DNA from: Lama guanicoe
Taxonomy: Eukaryota
NCBI GenBank assembly: GCA_013239625.1
Contig: MU053881.1
Location: forward strand, 14,500,373 to 14,564,372
DNA length: 64,000 nt
Reading direction: 5' to 3'
The position numbers and the translations under genes were made by a program. Position 1 is the first letter of the stretch; each line of letters opens with the position of its first letter. Positions 51,301 to 63,924 of the stretch are shown here, one piece after another. The notes beneath the pieces are model-generated. The model worked only from the letters and a program-made list of their open reading frames with translations, did no database searches and was not told where the DNA came from.

Positions 51301-54207
51301 GCATGAATGATGACTATCTAGCATCACCAGGAAATGAAGGATTCCTTACGCACAAATGGTCACAGAACTGAGGCTTATGCCTTTCAAACACAAAATCCTA
51401 GTTCCTAAACAGCATCAGACATCTCCCTATCTTCAGACATCAGTGTTTCTTGCTCAGGCATCAGTGTCAGTGATGTCTGGAGCTGTCCCTGAGACGATCC
51501 ATTCCTGAAGCTGCAGGACTAGCCCAATGTCTGGGATTTTCAGTCAGACGCCAATCAAATCACTTTGCTTTTGTATCTTTTAACATTTGCAATATAAATT
51601 CATGAATCAGAAATCTATAGATATTAGAAAGTATGCCCATCTCACAAATAAAGTATGTAGGGTATCTTACAGGTTGTGACCTCGTCATGTATTTCACTTT
51701 GTAACATTAAAATATAGCTTTTATGTTTTCTTCTTTGTCATGGGAAAATAGCCAAAGTAAGAATCCCTTCACCGCCAGACAGCCGGCAGGTGTGAAGCAG
51801 ACATGTGAATGACCCTACCAGAAGCCTCTGGGGTCACCTTGGGATTCTCAGGAAAAGCAAGGGTCACCACAGGGCCAGCACGTACCCTGAAGGGTGGAAG
51901 GGCTGGAATCAGCACACTTTTCATCCCTAACGTATTCAGCTTAGGGCTGAGAGCATTTCAAGGCTTCTTGTACCTTGAAACTAAGGTAACTTAAAAAAAA
52001 AATCAGGTTTTTTAAGTCACCAAAATGTGTGGAAATCGTTATCAGTTGCAGTTCTTCTGGGATGGAAGCACAGCATTTAGGAGCCAGCCTTGCCTCTCTC
52101 TGTTGTGTGACCATGGCTACAAGCATTCTGGTCAGTATCATCAGCAAGTTGGAAGTGATTCCTACCTTGTGGGTTTGTTGAGGATCCAAAGAGACAGTGC
52201 TCCAAGAAGCATGAATGTAGGGCCTGGCATGTGGAAGGCACCAATAACACTATAGTAATTCAATTCCCAGGCAGGAACTGGAAGAACTAGGGGTTGCAGG
52301 GGAGGCAGGAGGCAAGTTGGTAGAACCACGAAGGGATGGTTCCTAAACACATATCACATCCTGAAGTCAGAGGAGACTCACTGAGTGAAGAAAATGAGAA
52401 CAGGAGGGAGCACAGACCACTCTTCACGAAAACGCAGTTTCTGCACCAGGTTCTGCTCCCAACTGATGTGGCAGGGAATTTAGCAGGACACAGCTGTGAA
52501 CCTGCTCCAGCTGTGCCTAATGATAAAAGGTCCAGAAGTGAGCCCTTTCAGGCCTTAAGAAAGAAAGGGAGGCATTTAATCACTTGCTGGGAAGGTAGCC
52601 AGCCTAACCTGGAAACAGAATTAAGGAGTGTCTGACTGACACAGTTTGGAACTGCTTTCTAAGTCAGACAAGCAAAACCATCACTAAAAAGCTGCCCCAA
52701 TGCAAACACACAGAGAAAGCAATTAATGGTATCAACATGGATGCTGCAGTCAGAAAAGTCCACTGTGGAAAGAATGACTGCCTGGATTATAACAAATAAC
52801 AAACAATCCATTCCAGAGAAATAGTACTTTATCTTCTGTGGCTTTCAAATCAGGAGAGTCTAAAGATGATGATGCACTTTCCAGGTCAAGGGATAAAAAG
52901 GAATGTAATCAAGAGTAAGAAAGTTAAGGGTGAGATAAATATATATCCAAGTACAGACATGCAGATTCTTGATTCCACAGTGGAAGGGCAAATAACTGAA
53001 AAGGGACTGTCTGCTTGAAAAACAGTGAATATAAGACAAGACAAAACTGAAAATTCACACAGGAATAGGTGAGCAGCAAAAGGAAAGGTAACAAGGCAAA
53101 AATTACGTGAAGAAGAACACAATCTGATACAACCTGCAGAAACAGCTTCATGAATTATCTAGCCAAGAGATTTCTGAGTAAAGAAACATCCTTTAGAATC
53201 ATGAACTATTTAGTAAAGGTGTCCCAGAGCAGTCAAGGATCCTACTGATACATCCACATCACTGCCAAAACCGTAATCAAAAAGGGAAGGCTCCCAGGTA
53301 AAGTGTCTTGTCATGCACCATAACAGTTATAGGATCTGCTGAGCAGACCCAGGGAATGAGGCCTGCAGAGGCAGGTACCACAGAGACCAATGGCTGCAAC
53401 TTCAATAAAGCTGCTGACGAAAGGGAGAAATACCCTCTATGCCTCTGATAGGAACCTTTCACAAATGATTCCTTCAAAGTTGGTCGAATTGATGAAGCAG
53501 ATGGGTGAGTATGAGTATATACACACTTCTTCCAGAACGTTTACAAAGACAGTTGAAGAAACAGAAATAATAATCTAACCTTAAATATATATAAAAGCAA
53601 TTACCAACAAGGTTAAGGTCTCTTACAGACAAAGAAAAACACAATGAAAACAACAGGAAAAGAAACAAAAAAAACAGGTAAAGGTGAATGTACACTAAGT
53701 TCCAAGGCCACTTAAAATTTTACCTACAGCACTTATAAGTTAGAACAGCAAGGGGAATGATCAAGAAGAAAACAGTCCCCAAATCCCTGAGAGTCATTTA
53801 CCTTCTTTCTAAAAAAGTTGCTAGTTTTTGTTGTTGTTGTTGTTGCTCTGGATTGGCTCCCTGAAGAGAAATTGGAATCTCTCTGGCCATGTGTTTTTTA
53901 GGACTAGAAACTAGCAAACCACTTCTAAATGGAGAACATGTGATTCTCTATCTAGTAAGTTTGGGAAAGGAAAGAATAAAAGTTGACAGCTGCCTGGTTT
54001 GGAAAAAATGCACAACTAATAAAGAATGAAGATTAAAGACAGCATGCCTGCATTGTAATGCAAAAGGAGATCACAAACAATTGCAGAAAGAAAACGTTAC
54101 AGAGAATGGCCTTTAACTGAAATCTGGACAAAATTCCAGCTGGGGATGCACATGACTGAAAGAAAGGTGTAACAACTATGAACCACTGCTAGAAACAAGT
54201 TGAATGG

Positions 54208-56469
54208 AAAGGAAGAAGTAAAACTGTCACTGTTTGCACATTATACGACACCATATATAGAAAATCATGAAGATGCCGCCAAAAATATTAGAACTAATAA
54301 TAAATGAATTCAGTAAAATTTCAGGATACAAAATTAACATACAGAAATTTGTTGTATTTCTATACACTAATAACAATCAGAAAGAGAAATTAAGAAACAA
54401 TCCCATTTACAATTGCATCAAAAAGAAATAAATCTAACCAAGGAGATAAAAGGCTTGCACTCTGAGAACTATAAGACATCAGTGAAAAAAACTGAAAACA
54501 ACAAAACAGAATGGGAAAAAAATACTGTGCTCATGGATTGGGAAAATTAATATTGTTAAAATGACCATACTACCCAAGGCAATCTACAGATTCAATGCAA
54601 TCCCTCTCAAAGTACCAGTGGCATTTTTCACAGAACTACAACAATGTTTAAAATCATATGGAAACACAAAGGACCCCAAATAGCCAAAGTAATCTCAAGA
54701 AAGAAGAACAGAACAAAGCTTGGAGGTATCATTGGTTTCAAAGTATATTATAAACCTACAGTAATGAAAACAGTATGGTAATGGCACAAAAAACAGACAC
54801 ATATATCAATGGAACAGAATACAGAGCCCAGAAGTAAACCCACATTTATATAGCCAATTAATCTATGACAAAGGAGGCAAAAAAATATAATGGAGAAAGG
54901 CAATCTTTTCAATAAATGGTGTTGGGAAAACTGGAGAGCCATGTGCAAAAAAATTCAAACTGGATTACTTTCTCACTCTACACACAAAAATAAACTCAAA
55001 ATAGATAAAGACTAAAGTGTAAGGCCTGAAACTATAAAACTCCTAGAAGAAAACACAGGCAGTACACTCTTTGATAACATTCTTAGCAATATTTTTTCGG
55101 ATCTGTCTCCCCAGACAATGGAAACACAAGCAAAAATAAACAAATAGGACTACATTAAACTACAAAAGATTTTGCATAGGGAAGGAAATCAACAAAACAA
55201 AAAGGCAGCCTACTGAATGGGAGGAGATACAGCCGTCACTCAGCAGCCTCAGGGGACTGGTTCCAGAAGCCCTTGAGGATACCAAAATCCACAGATGCTC
55301 AAGCCCCTTATATAAAATGGTGTAGAACAATGAATACAGTCAGCCCTGGAATCCTTGGTTGGTTGAATCTGCAAATGTGAAATCCACTGATACGGAGGGT
55401 CGATTGTACTTGCAAACAATATATCCGATAAGAGGTTAATATCCCAAAATGTACAAAAATCTCATACAGTTCAACATAGTAACAAAAACAAAAACAAACC
55501 CAATTAAAAAATGGGCAGAGGACCTGAACAGACATTTTTAAAAGAAGCCATATAGATGGCCATGAAAGGACGAAAAGACACATGAAAAGATGTTAATTAC
55601 CAGAGAAATGCAAATCAAAACCACAAGATACCACCCCACACCTGTCAGAATCGCTATCATCAAAAAGACAACAAATAACAAGTGTTGGTGAGGATGTGGA
55701 GAAAAGGGAATCCTCGTGCACTGTTGGTGGGATTGTAAATTGGTGCAGCCACTATGGAGAATAGTATGGAGTTTCCCCCCAAAATTAAAAATAGAACTAC
55801 CATATGATCCAGCAATTTCACTTTTGGGTATTTACCGAGTAAAAACAAAAACACTAACTTGAAAACATATATATGCACTCCAATGTTCATGGCAACGTTA
55901 CTTAAAATAGTCAAGATGTGGAAGCAACCTGAGTGTTCACAAATAGCTGAATGGATAAAGAAGACGTGGTATATAAATACAAGGTACTATTACTTAGCCA
56001 TTAAAACAAAATAAAATCGTGACATTTGCAACAACATAAACGGATCTAGAGAGTATTATGCTAAATGAAATAAGTAAGACAGAGAAAGACAAATACTGCA
56101 TGATGTCACCTATATGTGGAATCTAAAAAACAAAACAAATAAGCAAACAAAATGAAAACAGACTCATAAACACAAAGAACAAACAATGGTTGCCAGATGG
56201 CAGCTGGGTGGTGGGGATGGACAAATCAGGTGAAGGTAGTTAAGAGGTACAAACCTCCAGTTATAAAATAAGCAACCCATGGGGATGTAATATACACCAT
56301 AAAGTACATGATCAATAATACTGTAATAACTGAACAGGGAATGATGGTTCCTAGACTTATCATGGTGATCATTTCATAATGCACGCAAATGTCAAATCAC
56401 TACACAGTACACCTGAAGGTAACACAATGTCTTTATGTCAACTATATTTTAATTAAAAGAAAAGGAAAA
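54208..56469 (+). mobile_element. 5'-truncated LINE-1 (ORF2 3' half plus 3'UTR, L1MA9-like), antisense in MAU2 intron 1
   Basis: Decayed KEEVKLSLFA RT motif at the start, typical L1 ORF2 and 3'UTR sequence, A tail; degenerate TSD AAACAAGTTGAATGG (54193-54207) / AAATAGGCTGAATGG (56470-56484). Confidence 0.9.
55230..55406 (+). mobile_element. MER2-like Tigger (Tc1/mariner) non-autonomous DNA transposon nested in the L1
   Basis: TA on both sides; GGATACCAAAATCCACAGATGCTCAAG and GATACGGAGGGTCGATTG signatures; removing it restores L1 GAATGGGAGGAGATACTTGCAAAC. Confidence 0.8.
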
Positions 56470-57168
56470 AAATAGGCTGAATGGCCCTGAGACAAGGGGA
56501 AGGAGGTGGCAAGATCTGTTGTTAATTGAGAGAAGGGAAAGCTTCAGAACCAGCACATCCACTTCATAAAGGCACTGGGTCACGAGGCCTGCGCAGTCAC
56601 AGCCGCCAGCCCACCCCCTCCCCCCAACACCCAAGGAAGCCTAACAGTTCATTTGAAGCCTCGTCACTTCCCAGGAGAGACCCTGACATCAACCAGTCAC
56701 TGATATCTTGGGCACTGCAAGTGACTGACCTCATACCCCGAGAGGTTCTCAAGGCTTACCCCACCACCCCATTAAGTCCTCTGTTTGAATGTCACTCCCA
56801 CAAATAAAGACTTACTCCCTATCTCTGCCAAAACTAGCTCTCATCAACTCCATCCCTTCATCATGGTCCACATTTTTGATGGCTCTCCTATCACTGCTTA
56901 ACCTTTTACTATGCATTCATTGTTTGTCTCCCTCACAGAAACATAAGCTTATGTGGGCAGAATAGGGCTTGGCATCTGGCGTGAGCTGATTAAATATCTG
57001 CTGAATGAATGAAAGGAAAAAAACTTCACAAAAACAACAGTGACTTATGGTCTTGACATAGAACCTGGCGATCTTGAGCCTAGGTCTGAGCCCAGTTTTG
57101 TTAATAACTTGCTGTGTGGTTTTGGGAAAATCACTTCACCCCTCTGGGCCCATACTGCCTCACTCCTG

Positions 57169-57247
57169 AAACAAAGAAGTTGATCAAGCAAGGACTAAAG
57201 AGTTGATCAAGCAAGGACTAAACAAAGAAGTTGATCAAGCAAGGACT
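57169..57247. repeat. Three copies of AGTTGATCAAGCAAGGACT
   Basis: 57178-57196, 57201-57219 and 57229-57247. Confidence 0.92.
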
Positions 57248-58268
57248 TTACAGTCTGCAAAACAAGATATGATTGCTCTCCCGGAGGCAACTTGTTACTA
57301 GCTACAGGTGGGCTCAGATTTACCTCAGATCAAGACGCTTTTCAAATCGCTTTTCAAATTGAAGTCGATTCTATTCAAAATGTTTTTCCTTTAAGCAGAA
57401 TAGAGTTGGGTAAATGGCAAATGGAGACACTGACAGGAGTACAGTGAAAAGAAGCAACTCCACAGCCAGAAAGGGCAGAATGATAACCACTTTCCCACAT
57501 TGAGACACCAAGATCCCACAAGTTAACATGAGGAGACAGGGCCTGCCCTTTGAAGGGGGCGGATCAGTGGACAGTGGGAGGAAGAGAAATCATGGGAGGA
57601 TACGAAGAAAGAAGGAGCTCTTGCTCCTGGAATCCAGACCCCGCTCAGTTCTGCCTCCTTAAAGGACCTCAACTGACCGACTCTAAACTCTGGGCCTCTG
57701 TCTCCCACCAATGACTCCCCTGCATCACTAGTGGAGGCACAATACCCTCTAGACCCTTATCAGACTTCCGTGTCCTGGGAGAGGATGCTTTCCTAGATTT
57801 CCTCAGAGACCAAACTTCAGATTCTCGGGAGATGCCTGGACTGTCACTTGGACCCTCCCCTATCCCGAGTGACTTCAGAAAGGACAGTTCAGGCTGACGC
57901 TCCTTAGCCCTGAGAAGCTAGAAGCTGCTGGACCCACTGACCGATCTGGGGGCGTCCCCACGGGTGCCCAAAGATGACATTTTCCTGAAAACCCGAAGAA
58001 TTTGGGGAGCCTGTTGCTCCTCTAAGAGTACCCTGAACGCGGTCCTAGACCTCTGCCTGCCACCAGATACATTAAGTAAGACACAGGCGAGGCCCTTGGG
58101 TCTCCCGAAAGGCTGACAGCTTCGGGGTCCTGCTGCTCGTGCGGAAGTCACGCTCCAGGTCCCCGAGGAACGGCCAAAGCGGCCCCCGCCCGCCAGGGTC
58201 GCGGGCCCATCAGTCCAATCCCGGAAAGGAGCCCGCGCCTCCTCCCTCGCGACCCAGCCAGCGCTCAC

Positions 58269-58544
58269 CGCCTTCTCCAGGTGGCTGCGCGCCTGCTCGC
58301 TGTTCTTGGTGTGGTGGTAGAGCACCGAGCCGAGCTGCAGGTGCGTTCGGGCCTCAATGCGCTGTGGTGGCTTGAAGGGGAATACGGCCTGCAAGCAGTG
58401 CACGCACAGGCGGATCTTGGGCGGACTGGAAGTGCGGAAGTGCTCAGCGAAGCCCAGAAGCGCCAAGTACCACGACTCGGCCGCCTCGGCCTGCGCTGCC
58501 TGGGCCGCCGCCGCTTGGGCAGCCACCGCCGCCTGAGCCGCCAT
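58269..58544 (-). CDS. MAU2: MAU2 coding exon 1 (MAAQAAVAAQ...ARSHLEKA)
   Basis: ATG in AAAATGG context; 276 nt; donor GCG|GTGAGC. Confidence 0.97.
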
Positions 58545-58903
58545 TTTGGCCTCCACAACAACAAGCCGCCGCCACAGGGAGGCGGAAGCAGGCGCACGGG
58601 GCGGGGCTGGGAGCGCCTTGCGTCTCTCGCGAGAGCTGCTACACAAAGCATCCTGGAACAAGCAGTTTGTATTTGGTGTGGCCGCGGCTTCGGGAAGGTC
58701 TGAGAAAAAAGGCGACACACTCTGGCCCGCGGGACTGAGACCAGACATTGCCGATAGGGTGAAGTTTGCGTTCCTGTCTAGGGAGACCGCAGGCATCCAC
58801 GAAATGGCATGGTGTGGTTTGCCGATGCGGACTACATCTCCCATCAGGCCATGCGCAGTATAACAGGCCTCCCTCAGGTGGCGCCGGAGCATTGTGGGAT
58901 TGG
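58545..58903. promoter_or_regulatory. Bidirectional CpG promoter shared by MAU2 (-) and SUGP1 (+)
   Basis: Divergent ATGs 360 bp apart. Motifs: TCTCGCGAGA (58625-58634), ACTACATCTCCCATCAGGCC ZNF143-type (58831-58850), a GC box, and YY1-type CCGCCATTTT over the MAU2 ATG. Confidence 0.9.
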
Positions 58904-58937
58904 ATGAGTCTCAAGATGGACAACCGGGATGTTGCAG
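58904..58937 (+). CDS. SUGP1: SUGP1 coding exon 1 (MSLKMDNRDVA-G)
   Basis: ATGAGTCTCAAGATGGACAACCGGGATGTTGCAG|GTAAC; recognised SUGP1/SF4 N-terminus. Confidence 0.93.
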
Positions 58938-59454
58938 GTAACAGCCCCCTTCTCCCCTCAAGCGTCCGCCCGGGTCTACAGGCTACGTGTCTTTGCTTCA
59001 TCCTCCCGTAGGACCTGTCTCAGCCCGCAAGCCCTTCGCCTTAGCTTCTGGGCGGCCGGAAGTAGCCTCTTCTGCACCACCCCCGTCTCCCGAGACCCCA
59101 GACCTAGTTGTTGCCTTCCTCCCCTCCCCCCGCGCTTGGTTTGCTGAGAACTCCCTGCTTGCCTTAAAGGCAGCCACCCAGATGTACCTTAGGCCGACTT
59201 TCCGAAATAACCGCCTTCAGGGCTTCTCCGAGCTCAGCTCTCTGAGCCAGCGGCAACCTTGGGCTGTCCTGCGCCCCTCTCTTAGGAGCAGCTGTCGTTT
59301 GGCCTGTATCCCGCTTTCTGGAAAAGCTGCTTTTCTGAACTGCACTCGGACTCCCTGTGCACACTTTCCTGGGTTTTTTGAGCCCCCACTTTACCACAGA
59401 CCTTGTCCTTCCCTCTCTCCCAGCCCTAACCACCCCCTCCCCAGACTGGGATGC

Positions 59455-59870
59455 GTTCAGCAAATACTCACTGTGTGCTAGGCACTGTGCTAGGCTCTGA
59501 GGATGCAGTGATAACCAAAACAGGGCCCTGTCTTCCTGAAGGCTACTTTCGACTAGGGTGTCAGACAATACACCAAAAAGGAAATATTTACAGAAGGTTA
59601 AAATGATGTGAGAGAGTAGGGGCGGAAGCTACTGATATTGGGTGGTCAAGGAAAGCCTTTTTGAGCAGAAGACATTTGAGATGAGAAGATACCAGCTATG
59701 GGAAGGCCTGCAGGGCAGAGCCTTCCACGCAGAGGGGGACAGCAAGTGCAAAGGCCTTGAGTGCTTGTCATTTTAAAGAATGTCAGGGATAAAGTGGAAG
59801 TGGAGAGGAGCCATCTCTGGCAGAGCCTTGAAAATCAACGTTGAGAATTTGGATTTCATTTTGAGTCCCA
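59455..59870 (-). mobile_element. L2 fragment, SUGP1 intron 1
   Basis: CAAATACTCACTGTGTGCTAGGCACTGTGCTAGG and GACATTTGAG...CAGCAAGTGCAAAGGCC are typical L2 motifs. Confidence 0.6.
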
Positions 59871-60668
59871 TGAGGAACCTTCCTGGTGTCTTTTTCATCT
59901 CCATAGCTACCACCCTTGTCTGAAGACACTATCATCTTTTGCTTAGAGCCAGTAAGGCTCCTCGTTGGTCTCCTTGCTGCCTGTGCACTCTGTCTAATCA
60001 GTAGCCTGAATGATGTTAAAAATAAAAATACCAATTGGATCTTGTCAGCTTAATACTCTCCAGTTGCTTCTTAAAGTCCTTTAAGTTAAACCCAGACTCC
60101 CTATCTTGCCCTCCCCGGCCAATCCTTGGAATCATCCACTGTGGCCACACTGGACCTTTTCTGGTCCTTGGATGCACCAGGCTTCTTCCAGCCTTGGGCT
60201 TTCGCATTTGGTTCTTACTTTGCCCAGATCACTCCCCATGTGGCTTTTTAGGAAACTGGCTTTTTACCTTTCTGATTTTAGCTTAAAGGTGCCCTCTTCT
60301 AACAGTTATTTTCTGGCTACAGCCCTAGCTGTATAGGTGCTCCTCTTATTTTTTCTCACCTTTCTTTGGTTTCCAGCAGAGAGCTCTTATCACGATTTTG
60401 CAGCTACTTTTTGTTACAAGTCTGTTGTCTCCCCAGCCAGAAGTGAATCCCAAATAGACAGGGACCCCATCTGCCTTGTTTAGCATCAAGTACAGCACCT
60501 GGTTCATAGCTCAGCAAATGTTTGGTAAATAAATGAAGGAACAGACATGTGAACATCAATCTGAATGTCAGTTGCTGCAGGCAGCAGCATCTGGGTTGCT
60601 CCCATAGCAGCTGCTGGACATGTTTGTGGAGTAAAGGTGATTTCTGATGTGTTTGTTTCCCTCCCCAG

Positions 60669-60840
60669 GAAAGGCTAACCGATGGTTTGGAGTTGCTCCT
60701 CCTAAGTCTGGAAAAATGAACATGAACATCCTTCATCAAGAAGAGCTCATTGCTCAGAAGAAACGGGAAATTGAAGCCAAAATGGAGCAGAAAGCCAAGC
60801 AAAATCAGGTGGCCAGCCCTCAGCCCCCACATCCTGGCGA
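60669..60840 (+). CDS. SUGP1: SUGP1 exon 2 ([58 protein letters not shown]); gene continues beyond the window
   Basis: CCCCAG|GA...GGCGA|GTAAGT; 172 nt; phase fits exon 1. Confidence 0.95.
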
Positions 60841-62089
60841 GTAAGTCCCCCCTGAAGCTGGGTTAGGGTCTTAATGGATCACCAGCAGAGGGTTTTGCTT
60901 GGGACAGCAGTCAGGGTGCATCCAGCCACAGCCTGATAGTGCAAGGAGTGACACAGGTGCACTCTTTAAGGAGGCTCAGTGTTGCAGGAGAGAAATGAGG
61001 GGTGTGTGGGAGCCCAGAGGATGGCTGCCAACCATTTCACTCAGCAGTTATTTACCACTGACCAGTTGTGGTTCAGGGGCCAAGAATATAGCACAGAGCG
61101 AAAACCCAGATTCCATCCCTGTCCTTACGGGGCTCACAGTCTATTAGCAAATGAGACCCAATTATACCCCTCGAGCTGCCAGTGGGTAACATGAGGCACT
61201 GTGTTCCCAGATGCAGCAGCTGCCATAGAGATGCAGAAGAGGCTCTGCATTCTGAAGGCCCAAACCCTTTGAGGAAGCAGGGAAAGGATGCAGAGGACAG
61301 GAAGAGAGGAGAGCCCCTGTATGTCAAGCAGCCTGAGCTGCTAGGCCAGAGGGGCTGTTTCTGAGCCAGGCGGGAGGTAGCTCAGGCAAGGTTTCCTCCT
61401 GACTTTCCTGAGAAACTCTGAGGGCATCCAAGAGTTTTGAGCAGAGGTGTGTGATCAGGGTGACAGGATCCAAGAATTTCAGGCTGGAAATTGACAGGTA
61501 AGCCCCTTTCTCCGTGGTCTGAAGTTAGAGCATGTTAATCCTGTACGAAAGCTCTGTTCTAGCTCACACCTTTTCTAAGAGTCTGTGGCTTCTCCTTGAG
61601 AGTGAGACTTAGACCCTATTCCTGTTGGAACCAGGACCTGGCACCTCCAAGGCTCTCAGGAACATGGGGACTAGATATTGAGTGATCCGTGGGTGGGCTT
61701 GGGGGTTCTCGCCCCTGGGGTTATGAAGGACTTGCACCAAGATGGGGAAGGCCTGTAGGATTGGTTCCAAGAGGGTCCCCTGGAGGCTGCACCATCCCAG
61801 TGCTAGAATCAGTCAAAAGGGAACATCAGGTGGGTGGGTGCATGGTATAGGTAACTTTGAAAATAAGGTTGTTTTTCCCTGTTGTAAAAGGGTGGAGCAC
61901 CTTAGAATTTCTTGCAGAAATAAGAAACATTCAAGTTGTCTCAAAAAAAAAAAACATTTTGATATATTCCCTTCCCATGTCATTGCTTTATTTTAGTAAA
62001 TTGTGATCAGTTTCATGTGATGCTTCCCCCCCAACATTTTAAAGGAAAAGCTCCTCCCCCAGCCACATTACAAATCTTTAGAACTATGA

Positions 62090-62485
62090 TAGTTTTTAAC
62101 TTTTACTTATTACTAAGATATAATGTGCTATAAAATTGATCTTTAAAACGACATAGTTTATGATTTCCAACATTTGCACAGCATTTGTGCAACTGTTTCC
62201 ACTAATTCCAGAACATTTTATCACCCCAAAAAGAAACCTTATGCTCATGAGCAGTCACTCCCCATACCCACCTCCGCAGCCTCTGACAACCACTAAGCTA
62301 TTTTCTCTCTGTGGATTTACCAATTCTGGATATTTTGTGTAACATGTGGCCTTTTGTGTCTAGCTTCTTTCACTGGACATAATGTTTTCAAGGTTCATTA
62401 TAGTATGTGTCAGGACTTCCTTCCTTTTTGCGGCTGAATAATATTTCATTGTGTGGATGGACTGTGTTTTGTTTATCTGTTCATC
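62090..62485 (-). mobile_element. Old L1 3' end (L1MB-like)
   Basis: TTCCAGAACATTTTATCACCCCAAAAAGAAACC and TGTTTTCAAGGTTCAT are antisense L1 3'UTR signatures. Confidence 0.75.
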
Positions 62486-63804
62486 AAGAGCCATCCTTAA
62501 CAGCTGTGTGATACCTCCTGCCGTTTGTTATGAGTGGTTTTCAAGTGGGATTCTTTTGCTGATGTGCTGTTGCCCTAGAGCGTTTTCTTGTCTTTGTCCC
62601 TGCCTTCTTTCTGTCCCTCCTAAGGGAGGAGCACACAGCATGAGAACAGGGCCAGGGTCATTAGAAGGCCCTGCTTGTTTAATGCCAAGGCTGGTTATCA
62701 GCCGGATCTTCTCATTTTATATAAAATAACTTTTACTACTTTTTTTAACTTTTTTTTAGCTTTAAAGATCATTTTTATGTGTGGTAGAAAATCTGGGAAA
62801 TAGGGAAGAAAATGAGGAAAAACTAAACTCAGTTGTAACCCTGCAACCCACAGACAAGTGCTGGTTACATTTTTAATGGGTTTTTGTAATTTCAATCAGA
62901 TATATCTTGACATAAGTAGGGCCATGCTGTAGATACTGTTTTATATCTTGCCTTTTTGTTTTTCATTTAATGTTGTGCTTGGTTGCTTTATTTATAAAAT
63001 TTTAACTTCTCAGGGCCCCTCCATCTGCCCTATGGATGTCCCATAATTTATTTAACCAATGCCCCTTGTTGACTACTTAGGTTTTTTTCCACTTTTACTT
63101 CATTAGAACAGATTTCTAGAAGGATGAAACTTAGTTTTAAAGGAAAAAGTTCAGACTCATGGGCTCGCTGAGCTTTTACCAATTACTGGGTGTGTCTATA
63201 TGATGGATGTGACCTTGAAAGCAGCACGTATGAGGAATTTCTGAGGTTGGAGCAGGATGGTACATTACAGCTGAAAATGGAAGAAGTAGGCTGTGTACTA
63301 TAATCACAGCCTTATTTCTAATCTAAGGGTCAAATCAAAAAAAATATACCAAAGTGTTAATAGTGACTCTTGTGAGGAGATTTTGGGGGCTGTTTTTTCT
63401 CCTTGCTTTCTATATTTGTTTTCCCACATTCCCACTTGCTCATAATGAGCCTCTACTACTTTTATGATAAGGAAAAATGAATTTGAATTAAACATAGGCA
63501 CTTGGGTTTGCTCTTTTGCTTTGTTAAAAATGAATTTTTCTATTTTCGAAATAAAACATACTCTGCAAAAAGAAAAGAGAGAAAAAGTAATAAAAAGATA
63601 AAATTTCCCTATAGTTCTCCCACAAAGAGATGGGTGTCGGTGTTTTCTTGTGCACATGTGATACCCACAGAAGCACTGGCTGACCCAGGCCCGAACTGCA
63701 GTCACACACAAGTGCAGACACTGCCTTTGAGAGCTCTAAAATTTAGTTGGAAAGACAGACTTGGAAACAGTGATAGCCCAGAAAATTAGTTAACAATAGG
63801 AGGA

Positions 63805-63924
63805 GGGGAGGGTGTAGCTCAGTGGTAGAGTATGTGCCTAGCATGCACAAGGTCCTGGGTTCAATCCCCAGTATCTAAATAAAATAAATAAATACCCACC
63901 CACCCACCCCCAGAAAAAAAAAAA
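63805..63924 (+). mobile_element. tRNA-Ala-derived SINE (Vic-1-like), SUGP1 intron 2
   Basis: GGGGAGGGTGTAGCTCAGTGGTAGAG...GGTTCAATCCCCAGT plus (TAAA)n/A tail. Confidence 0.85.

Larger units (their letters stand above)
29110..58560 (-). other. MAU2: MAU2 gene span (cohesin loader subunit SCC4/MAU2), 19 coding exons, 613 aa; transcript ends approximate
   Basis: Exon lengths 276+18+66+96+95+28+156+147+91+104+78+66+87+50+78+112+91+128+75 = 1842 nt. All are bounded by GT/AG with consistent phase and translate MAAQAAVAAQ...NTSLASLL*, matching MAU2 as I know it. Confidence 0.97.

Noticed and set aside
57169..57247. CRISPR-like repeat array
   Set aside because: Eukaryotic intron with spacers of only 4-9 nt; a simple tandem duplication.
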